Positions 46,501-56,800 of a DNA stretch of 64,000 nucleotides are shown piece by piece. Both the position numbers and the translations under genes were made by a program. The stretch comes from a virus: the IMG/VR virus record IMGVR_UViG_3300030107_002828, positions 4,851-68,850 of that record; one strand, 5' to 3'. The first letter of the stretch is position 1. The number at the start of each line of letters is the position of its first letter. The notes under the pieces are model-generated. The model was not told the origin of the DNA. It saw nothing but the letters and a program-made list of their open reading frames with translations, and did no database searches.

Positions 46501-48576
46501 ATGGCTTTAACTTTAGAAGTAAATTATTTTAATTCCTTTTATTTAAAAAGATTAGCGGGAGGAGATAGTAACTCAGGTGCGGCTAGTGCGGGTTTAGACA
46601 AAAAATTAACACTTCCTTTACCTCCTTCATTAAACTATTCTTCACTAACGCCCACCCTAAACACAGGTTATCCTTGGGTTGCACCTATGACTACAAGTCC
46701 AGATGCAGATTGGTATATAGAAGAATCGAGAATTAGAGGAGGTTATAATAATACTAGTGTAGATTTAGGTGTAAAAGCTTATATAGTTTCAGAAGAACCT
46801 AATCAAAATATAAGAGGAAATTCTTTGATTTATTCTGGAGTATTTAATTCTAGAACTGGTATAAACAATACTAATCAATTTAGTGTAGCAGAAGAAATTA
46901 CTAGAAGTGTAGATCCTAAAGGAGGAACTATACAAAAATTATTTGCTGAAGACACTAATTTAACAGTATTTCAAGAGCGAAAAGTTAATGTAGCTTTAAT
47001 AGATAAAGATGCAATATATAGTGCAGAAGGTTCTTCAATATCTACTACAGCAAATGTAGTAATTGGACAAATAACCCCTATACCTGGTAACTGGGGAATA
47101 AGTACTAATCCAGAATCTTTTGCAACTTATGGGTATACAAAATATTTTGTAGATAAAGATAGAAATGCAGTATTAAAAATAGAAGGTACTCAGTTACAAG
47201 AAATACATGTAGCAGGTATGACTGATTTTTATAGAGATCAATTATCTACTGTAGGAGAGAATGATGCAATTTTAGGTACATGGGATGTTTATAATATGAA
47301 TTATGTATTATCTATACAAACTGGAGGTACATCTAGCAATCCAGCTCGTTTTAATACAGCAGCTACATACAAAACATTAACATGGGACGAAAGAAATAAA
47401 GGTTGGACTAGCTTTTTTACTTATAAACCAGAAACATTTTTTAGCTGTAGAGGACAATTTTATTCTACTACTATAGGAAGTGCAGACACAGGTTATGAAT
47501 TAGTTGGATCAATATCAGTTAACACTCTTAATGGAGTAGATGGTACTTATACGGGAACAGTAGGTGTAGATGCGGGTTATACAAGTAATGTAAGTGGCAC
47601 AGGGTTAAATATAACCGTAACTATTTCTGGTAATACATGTACCTCTATAATAGTAAACACATTAGGATCAGGTTTTATAGCAGACGAAAGAATATCAATT
47701 AGTACAACTGTAATTGGAGGTACTCTGAGTGTAGACGTTCAACTTACAGAAGCTGATTTAAATTATGTACAACCTAATTCTAATTTATATTTACATTATT
47801 CTAACACTAATAGAAACATGTTTTATAACACTTCTAGCGCATCTTCTGTGCAGTTTGTGTTTAATCCTATGCCTAACTTTATTAAAACCTTTAAAACAGT
47901 TAATTACGAAGGTAGTAATGGTTGGGAAATAACTCAGTTTGATTCAGAAAATACAGGTCAAGATCCTACTATAACACCGGTAGGTGGATGGTTAAGTCAT
48001 TTTGATAGTATAGCAGGAGGAGGATCACCAATAACTAGCTTAGGAGCAACTGCAACATTAGTAAGTAGTATTACTACTCAAACAGTAGATGCTACAGATG
48101 GAACTTATAACAATGCAGAGTGGACAACTAGTGGTAATGGGTATGGATTAGTTTGGAATATTGGGGTTGGAGGTAATGAAGTAAGTTCTATTACTGTAAC
48201 CAATGCAGGTAATGGATTTAAAGAAGGCGATACTATTACAATACCAACCGGAGTAATAGGTGGAACCACCAACGTTGTAGTAACCCTACAAGCAGTTGAT
48301 GTAAGTCCTTATTTAAAAATATACAGTTATGAAGAAGGATCTTATATAGAAGATAACATTCAATATAGAGCTGGATTCGATAGAAAACAAAATAAATATT
48401 ATGCGGTTGTACCTAACAACACTTTAACTCCTATGGCAGGTGAAGTTATATTTGGTAATCAAACAATGGGTGTAAAAGCATATTATAGTACAGTAACAAT
48501 TAAAACCGATACTACAACAGATCCAAACGGACCTAAGTCATTGTTTGCGGTTAGTAGTGAATATATAAATAAATAA
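46501..48576 (+). CDS. tail nozzle/stabilisation protein, C-terminal part
   Basis: GTIQKLF..DTNLTVFQE.KV; WGISTNPESF; GWTSFFTY.PE. Confidence 0.75.
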   Translation: MALTLEVNYFNSFYLKRLAGGDSNSGAASAGLDKKLTLPLPPSLNYSSLTPTLNTGYPWVAPMTTSPDADWYIEESRIRGGYNNTSVDLGVKAYIVSEEPNQNIRGNSLIYSGVFNSRTGINNTNQFSVAEEITRSVDPKGGTIQKLFAEDTNLTVFQERKVNVALIDKDAIYSAEGSSISTTANVVIGQITPIPGNWGISTNPESFATYGYTKYFVDKDRNAVLKIEGTQLQEIHVAGMTDFYRDQLSTVGENDAILGTWDVYNMNYVLSIQTGGTSSNPARFNTAATYKTLTWDERNKGWTSFFTYKPETFFSCRGQFYSTTIGSADTGYELVGSISVNTLNGVDGTYTGTVGVDAGYTSNVSGTGLNITVTISGNTCTSIIVNTLGSGFIADERISISTTVIGGTLSVDVQLTEADLNYVQPNSNLYLHYSNTNRNMFYNTSSASSVQFVFNPMPNFIKTFKTVNYEGSNGWEITQFDSENTGQDPTITPVGGWLSHFDSIAGGGSPITSLGATATLVSSITTQTVDATDGTYNNAEWTTSGNGYGLVWNIGVGGNEVSSITVTNAGNGFKEGDTITIPTGVIGGTTNVVVTLQAVDVSPYLKIYSYEEGSYIEDNIQYRAGFDRKQNKYYAVVPNNTLTPMAGEVIFGNQTMGVKAYYSTVTIKTDTTTDPNGPKSLFAVSSEYINK

Positions 48577-48578
48577 TT

Positions 48579-49532
48579 ATGAGTGGAGCATCAACAACAC
48601 CCGGCAAGCTTATAGCAGCCGCAGGCGGACCCGGCGCAGTCATAGGGATTGGCGCTAGTATTTTAGGCGGTATTTTTGGTGCGGGCGCTGCTCGTAGACA
48701 ACAACGAGCCGCAGCTAAAGAAGTAAAAAGACTTACTAATAAGCTAGAATCTTTAGAAAATAATCGTCAAGAAATAATAGATCCATATGCTGGTATAACT
48801 AATTTATCAGGTATGATAACAGATAGGTCAGATATGATGTCTAACTCGTACGCTAATTTATCTGTAGCAACTAAAGCTGCGGAAATGAAAATAGAAGAAG
48901 CTGATATAGCTCTAGCTAATACATTAGATACTTTAAGAGCCACGGGTTCTGGAGCTGGTGGAGCTACTGCATTAGCTCAAGCTGCTTTACAATCTAAGAA
49001 AGAAGTTGCTGCTAGTATTGAAGATCAAGAAGTTAATAATGAAAAACTAAGAGCTCAAGGAGAAGATAATTTAGAACAAAGAAGAATAGCTGAAAAACAG
49101 AGAGTAGAAGGAGTTCAATTAAGTCAAGCGGAAAAAGTACAAACAGCAGAAGCACAAGGTAAAGCATTTGTGTTTAGTCAAAAAGAAAATAGAGAAACTC
49201 AACAATTAGATAGAACAGCTGCTCAATTAGACAACGCAATACAAGCTCAAGCACAAGCTGCACAAGCAGGTAGTAGTGCTTTAACAGGCGCGTTAGGTGG
49301 TATAGCTAGTGCTTTTAGTGATCGTAGATTAAAAAAGAATATAAAACTTATAGGTAAATCTCCTAGCGGCTTAAATATATACATGTTTGAATATATAAAT
49401 AAAGTATTGGGTGATGGAATATTTCAAGGAGTTATGTCAGATGAAATACCTAAAGAAGCAGTAGTAAAATCTAAGAACGGATACGATAGAGTAGATTACT
49501 CTAAATTAGACGTTGAATTTAAACAAATATAA
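48579..49532 (+). CDS. ejection/internal virion protein with C-terminal S74 intramolecular-chaperone domain
   Basis: Gly/Ala hydrophobic N-terminus and coiled coil, then SDRRLKKNI...GVMSDE...VDYSKL. Confidence 0.75.
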   Translation: MSGASTTPGKLIAAAGGPGAVIGIGASILGGIFGAGAARRQQRAAAKEVKRLTNKLESLENNRQEIIDPYAGITNLSGMITDRSDMMSNSYANLSVATKAAEMKIEEADIALANTLDTLRATGSGAGGATALAQAALQSKKEVAASIEDQEVNNEKLRAQGEDNLEQRRIAEKQRVEGVQLSQAEKVQTAEAQGKAFVFSQKENRETQQLDRTAAQLDNAIQAQAQAAQAGSSALTGALGGIASAFSDRRLKKNIKLIGKSPSGLNIYMFEYINKVLGDGIFQGVMSDEIPKEAVVKSKNGYDRVDYSKLDVEFKQI

Positions 49533-49533
49533 C

Positions 49534-50862
49534 ATGTCGTATACAAATCCTAAATATACCTATGTAGATCAGTCTAAACCGTGGAGACAGTTTTCAAAAG
49601 ATATGGCTTCTTTAGCAGGTAATATTAAAGACAAAAGAGATCTAGAAATAAAAGAAGAAGAAGAAAAAAGAGAGCTTGAACTAAAACAAAACGAAAAAGA
49701 AAATAAAGAGTTATTAGAGTATGGTAGAACTCAAAATATGGCTTTTAATAAAAATTGGTGGAGTAAAAATCAATATGAAAACCCTAATTCTGAAAGTATA
49801 ACTCAACAATTCTTTAAAGGAACTGGAAAAGAATACGCGGATTTAATGATGAAAATTAAATCTGGTGATTGTGATTCAGATAATTGTACAGATGAAATGG
49901 GACAAGTTGCAGCTTTAGAAGCATATCCTCAAGCTACTGCAGATTTTATTGGAAATATAAATGCAGAGTTTGGGAAAATAACAGGAAAAAATTATGATCC
50001 TAATCAAGAAAGTGATTATACTTTAGCATCTAAAATATTTAATGGTCAACCTGGTTTTACAGTTAAAGATGGTTATAAAGTAAATATGAACAGAAATGAT
50101 GATGGTACTATTGAAATGGTTTTTGAAGGACCTGGTTTTAAAGATGGTAAATTATCTATAAATAATAATACTTTAGGAAGTACACTTGCAGCCGGAGGAG
50201 AATTAGTTCATGAACTACCTAGTTTAGCAAAATTACAAAATGAAAACCTTCAAGACATGGGAATATTTGCCGCTGAAGACTTTACTGATGATGGAGAATT
50301 AAAACCTGGAGTAGCACTTGATGAAGAATTTATGATGAAAGATGCTAATGGAAACTTAGAATATGAAACTATTGTTAGTGCAGATGGTATGACTCAACAA
50401 AATGTAATAAAATGGGATGAAAATAGATTTAATAATAAAATGAAAATTTATGTTGATACTCAATTAGAAGGTTTACAAGAAGATCCTGCAGACATGATAG
50501 GTTTGTGGAATGTTAGACTTGGTAAAGGAGCTCTTTCTTATGATGAGGATTTAGCTAGAGCGGCTTTAGGTATGCCTGATGCTACAGCAGCAGAAGTTTC
50601 GGCAGCTTGGAAAGATAGTCCTTATAGCGATTTAGTTAAAGGAGCTTGGAGTTATGATAATATTCCTTTAAGTGAAGAACAAAAGACCTTATTCGCTGCG
50701 CATTACACAAAGAACATGAAAGATACTTTTAAGAAAAGATTTATGCCTCAGATGGCAGCACCTGGACTTGATGGACAAGTAAGGTATACGCCTCAAGCTT
50801 TAGCACAACTTATGAAGAAAGAAGAAAAAACTCCCTCTACAACTACATGGGATTTACCTTAA
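49534..50862 (+). CDS. internal virion/ejection protein (probable ATG start 49534)
   Basis: Positioned between the S74 protein and the giant protein; helical N-terminus. Confidence 0.65.
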   Translation: MSYTNPKYTYVDQSKPWRQFSKDMASLAGNIKDKRDLEIKEEEEKRELELKQNEKENKELLEYGRTQNMAFNKNWWSKNQYENPNSESITQQFFKGTGKEYADLMMKIKSGDCDSDNCTDEMGQVAALEAYPQATADFIGNINAEFGKITGKNYDPNQESDYTLASKIFNGQPGFTVKDGYKVNMNRNDDGTIEMVFEGPGFKDGKLSINNNTLGSTLAAGGELVHELPSLAKLQNENLQDMGIFAAEDFTDDGELKPGVALDEEFMMKDANGNLEYETIVSADGMTQQNVIKWDENRFNNKMKIYVDTQLEGLQEDPADMIGLWNVRLGKGALSYDEDLARAALGMPDATAAEVSAAWKDSPYSDLVKGAWSYDNIPLSEEQKTLFAAHYTKNMKDTFKKRFMPQMAAPGLDGQVRYTPQALAQLMKKEEKTPSTTTWDLP

Positions 50863-50882
50863 AAAAACTTAATTAAATTATA

Positions 50883-53800
50883 ATGCAAGACAAACTAAAC
50901 CAGATCCTTTTTAAAAGTGATTATTGGAAAAACTTATCTAATCCTGAAAAGAGTGCTCTTAATTATCCTTATGCAGCAGGAGAAGAGCAAAGAAGAAAGT
51001 GGTTAGAAGAACATGGTGTTCTTGAACAAACTAATGTTGCGGTTGAAGAAGAAGTTTCTGGTGATGATAATATTGAAGAAGTTGAGGTTGAGGAAGTAGA
51101 ACCTAAAGAAGAGTCGGTATCTACGGAGGTTTTAGCTGGTAGAAATGGTGCTGAAAAAATGTGGAAATATTTTAAGGATAATGGACAAGTAACTCAAGAT
51201 TTTGAAACTTGGTACAAAAAATTAAAAGAAAACCCTTCAGCTCAAGAGAAATTATATCAATTTGGTAGAGGTAAAGGTTTTATTACACAGGATTATAATA
51301 CATGGAAAAATAAATTAACTGGTTATACGGGAACAGAAAATATAACTATTTTTGGGGAAACTGTTAATGATGAAGAACAAAATACTGAAAATCAAGCTAA
51401 TAGTTGGAGCTCTCAAAACGATGCTATAGTAACTAAAATAAGTAGATTAAGAAATAACCCTATATTATTTACTCAAGCTGATGTTGATGCTGGTATTGCT
51501 AAACCAAATCAAATAGGTAATATTAATGCAGCTGCTACAAATGAAAAAATAAAAGAATTACAAGATTCTGCACCTACTATATATACGTTTGATGAAGAAG
51601 AGGCAAGAGCTACTTATAAAGCTGAAAGAGAACAAGAATTAACTGATTATGAAAAAGAAAGAGCAGGTAGTTTAGGTATTACAGAAGAAGGTGAAGAAAT
51701 TTACGACAGTGGTTCTATGTTTAAAGATGATAAATTAATGCATGGCTACTTGTTAAAGCATTGGAACAAAACAGGTTTATTATCAGGTAAAGTAAATATT
51801 GACAAGTTAAGAACTGTAGCTGAAAGAATAGGTTTTGATATGAATAAATTTGAAAGATTATCAAAAGCTAGATATGATACTGGAGAGGGAAGTTTAGCTA
51901 GAGAGCTGTTGTTAAAGCTAGAAGAATACATGGTAACTAAAAGTACAGGAGGTAGACAATTTATATTAAAAGGTAATATGAGTGGTTATAGTACTGGAAA
52001 CGTTCCTGATATATCTAAAAGAGTAAGTGTGCTTGACGATAGAGATGTTCTTACAGATGAAGAAATAGAATCAAGAATACAATTAGATAAAGATAGAGTT
52101 GCTCTGTGGCAAAAAGGTGAACTTGAATTAGATACTAAAGAGTTAGCTGGAATAATAGGTATTAGACCTGAAGCGCAACAGTTTGTTAATTCATTTTTTC
52201 CAGAATCAATAGATAAAGAAGACGATGTAAATAAAATAGCATCTGCAGCTATTAGTAAAGCAGCGCAAGCAGATCCTAGGTTTGCATTAATACAAAATGA
52301 GATTAATGAACACTTAGTAGATCAGTCAAAAGAAAAATGGTCTGAACTATCTAAAAAATATGGAGAGAACGGGGAAATTACTACTCAAACAGATTTAGAA
52401 GCTGCTCAAAAAGAATTTGCTGAATGGTATAATAAAAGCTTTAATGAATCTTTGCAAAATAATAAAGAAGCAACTGATTTATTTCAAATGTATGGAATAG
52501 CGGGAGAAAGAGCTTTAGATAAAAGACTTAAAGAAGATAGAAACTATAAGCCAGGAATGAAAGATGATTATGTCTTAAACTGGGTTAATGATCAACTAGA
52601 TAAATACGAGGATGATGATAGTTTTCATGGTAAAGTAAGAGAGGAATTAGCTTATATGGCACAGGCTTTTCATAAAGTACCTGTGACAACAGAAGAATGG
52701 ACAAATAGTTTTGAAGTATCACTTGCTGGAGGACAACAACGTAGAAGACAGAAAATAGTAAATGAACTTAATTGGGGTTTAGAAAATGGTAAGATAACCA
52801 ACGACATGACTCTAGGTGAAGCTAGAAAATATGTTAAAGGATTAGATGATAGATTAACTTGGCATGATTGGGGTTGGACAGATAATGACACTGTAGGTGA
52901 TTATTTATCTAGAAAAGAAATTAGAAAAGAAAATACAGAAGATAGAATACAGTTTGATTTAGACGAAAGAGATGCAGCTCTTAAACATTTAAATAATTTT
53001 GTTACTAGAGAAGTAGAAGATGGAATGTTTGACAGTATTGAAGGTTTTGGTAGTACAATAGTTGGAGGTATTGATCAAATAACCCACATGGCTCCTCGTA
53101 TAGCGGGTTATGGTTTAATGACAGCTGGTACTTTAGCTACAGTTTTTAGTGGTGGTACTGCTACGCCTGTTGGAGCTGGATTATTCTATACTGGTATGGG
53201 GTTAAGTGCTATTGGTAACACTGTTCAAGGAGCTATGGAATATGCTGATATTTACATGAGTTCATTAGAAAATAAAATGACTGAACAATATGGAGAAGGA
53301 GGTTTTACCACAGATGAATATATTCAAGCATTAAATGAAGGATTAGGTATGCATCAAGGAGCAGCTGTAGCAGGTGGTGTAGGTGTTGCGGCTTCTGAAT
53401 TTGCGTTTGATGTACTTGGTTCTAAACTTGGAGGATCTGGAGCTGGTTTATTATTTAAAAATCCAGCAATGCAAACTATTGTAAAGAACACTTTAGGTAG
53501 ATATTTAGCAAGAGCAGGAACAATGTATGGAGAATATAAATTAGGTCAGTACAAAGAAGGTGTAACAGAAGGATTCCAGTCTTATTTATCACAAGCTACA
53601 ACTAATATGGCATCAGGATATGCGTCTCCATTTAGTAGAAATATTGATTTTGATCAGATATATACCGAATATAAAGCTGGTAAGAAAATGGGTAGTTTAT
53701 TTGGAATGGGTGGTATCGCTGGTCAGTTTAAAGGAGGTTTATATTCAGCTGATGGATATGTAGCTAATGCTACTAAAATTGCAGAAAATATTGATATGTC

Positions 53801-56800
53801 TCCAGATTCATCTACGTTCTTAACAGCTAATGCTCATTTTGATCAATTGATAGAAAATGTTAATTCAGATACAAAGTTAGATCCTAAGCAAAAAAGAGAA
53901 GCTATAAAAAATATTTCTGACATTAGAAGTTCTACAATAAAAATTCCTAAAACTATTACTGGTGAAACAAAAGGTAAATTAATAGATTTATTAATTGAAA
54001 AGAAAACATTAGAAACTAAAATTAAAGCCGTAGGAGATACGGATATTAGCGCTAGTGATATATCTAGAAAAAATGCTATTGGTGAAGAAATACAAAAAAT
54101 AGTAGATGATGCTAATGTGGAGTTAGCACTAGATAAAAATGTTGGTAATGTTAGACAAATTGTACATAAAAGCTCTAAAGGTAAAATTACAATAGATGAA
54201 GTAGCTGATGCTAAAGAAGCTAACGCGTTTGCAAAAAGTGAAAGATTACAAGGCTGGAAAACAAAGTATTCAAGTAATCAAGGTACAATATTACAAAACC
54301 CTAAGACAGGCGAACAAAAAATAATAATAAATAGAGATCAAGCTCTTAAAGATCAGGCGGTTAATGTAGCTGGTCATGAGTTTTTACATGGTTTATTATT
54401 TGAAACAGTAAAAAATAGTCCTGAGACTGCTATAAATATGGGTAATGCTTTAGATTCTGAACTAAAGAAATTAAAAGTAAGTGAAGATAGTAAATATTAT
54501 AAGCGTTTAGAACGATATAAAAATGATCCAGAAGCTATGACAGCTGAAGAAAAACTAACTTTATTTTCTGATGCTTTAGCTTCAGGTGATTTAAAATTTA
54601 ATGAAAATATCTTTACTCAAATAGGAGATAATATTAGAAGGGTTTTACAAGCTGTTGGATTAAAAGGAATAAAATTTAATAATGGTAGAGATGTTTATAA
54701 TTTTATAAAAGACTACAACAGTTCTATAGAAAAAGGCGAACTTAACATAGCACAAGAAAAATTGTTAGCTGGTAAAGCTGAAGGTGATTTAATAGTAGAT
54801 GAAGTAATAGATACTGATAAAAAAGCAAAAGCTTCAAAACCTGGAACTAAAACTACAATTCCTAAATCAGCACCAACAAAAGATATATATAAAGATTTTG
54901 CAGAAAGAACGTGGGCAGAAGACTTACAAAAATCTAAAGATAATATAAATACACAGTTTGGAGCAGGTACTGTTGAAACAATTAAACAGACTGTTCCCTG
55001 GGAGACATTTAAAAAACGACAAATTGAAAGAGGAATAGACTGGGACGGCCAAATAAAAGCTAATGATGAAAGTAGAATGCAACGAGATTATGAGGCTGTT
55101 CAAAGAGATATTAAGAAACAGAAAGATGCAATTAAAGCTGAAAAATTTAGAACAACAGCACCAAGAGATAAATTTGGAAGCATAGATACAGATAAAATTT
55201 TAGCTGAAAAAAAGAAGAAAGAAATACAAGGTAAATCTTCTAAATCTGATAAGAAAGTTAGTAAAGCTAGACAAGCAGACTTAGATAGAATGACGCCTAA
55301 TCAAAGACGAGCTGAAGAAGGATATTCACCTTGGGAACTGGTTAGACAACCTGATGGATCTTTAAAACTGGATAGTAAATTTATAGGTAGAACCGCAGCG
55401 ATAGCAGCTTTAAAACGTCAAGGTGATTCCAATCAGGGTATGGATTCGTTGTTAAAAAAGGACAAAGCTTTTGAACCTCAATACAGTGCTAAGTCATCAA
55501 AAGGCGATACTCAATCATTATCTAATCTTACTAAAGAATATCAAGATGGTAATTATGATAATGTAGAAGATTTAGCAGCGCAATATCAAGCTGCGGGTAG
55601 AGATGCGTTAAAAAGATGGGCTGGACAGCGGAAAGTTCCTTTAAATCTTAGTAATCCACAGTTTAATAATGAAGTAACAAGTTTGTTAAACAAAGAGTTT
55701 CCTAGTTTTATTAAGAATTTTGATCCATCAAAATCAGAAGCATCTACATACATGAATCAAATTGCTAAAAGAGTTGGTCCTAAAATTGTAGAAGAAGCAA
55801 CTAGAAAAGGAAAGCAAGTTAGTCAAGATGTTTTAAGTGAAAAAGGAGTAGCTGTAGAAACTACAACTCAAAAAGATTTTGATTCAACTAAACAAAAAGA
55901 TACAGGTAGAAAGAAGAAATATCCTTCTTCAATACCTGCTGTTAAAAATCAAATAACAGAAAATGTTGCTGCAGATTTAGTAGGTGGAATTGTTGATGGG
56001 AAACCTGTGGGATTAGCAAAAGATATAATATCTAGTATTAATAGAAATACTGATCCTGAAAAAGTAGCTCAAAATATAATAGCTGACACTAAAGATAAAA
56101 GTGTTATGCGTACTATGAGAGAGTTAGTAGGTAAATGGGGATCACCAGAGTACAACGCTTTTGTAAACACAATAATTGATCAAGGATTGATTGGTACAAT
56201 ACCAGCTTCTACAATAAAGCGAAGACTAGGTAGACAAAGTAATGTTGATTCTGGCTTAATTAATTATAAAAAAATAGGTAAGACAGATCAAATAAAAGTT
56301 AAAGATGGTAAGAAAACTTATTCACGTCCTGATGTCTATGCTATAACTAAATTAGATAAAAATAAGTTAAAAGATTATTATAAAGATAACGAAAAAAGAC
56401 AACAGTCTTTATTTAGCATGTTAACTGAAGGTATCATGGCTGAGGGTGTACAAACTCTTAGAAATGATAAAAACTTCATGGATAAGTTACAAGATGTATT
56501 AGAACTTAAAAAATCTCCATTAACTGCTGAGGAATTTATGGATGGTTTAGAGCAGAAGTTAGATCAACGTACTAAAGAAGATAGATCATTAGATGAAGTA
56601 ACAGTTAAGTCAGCTAAAAAAGATGTTCCTCTTACAGCTAAAGAAAAAAAGCAATTAAAAGATGATGCTAGAGTTCAAATCAAAGAGTTAAACGATTATA
56701 ATACTTTACCTACTAAAGCAGGTGTTAAGTTAACAAAAGACGAAAAACAAATCAAGCAAGTAGGAACTATAACAGCTCATTATAAAATGGGTGATAGTTT

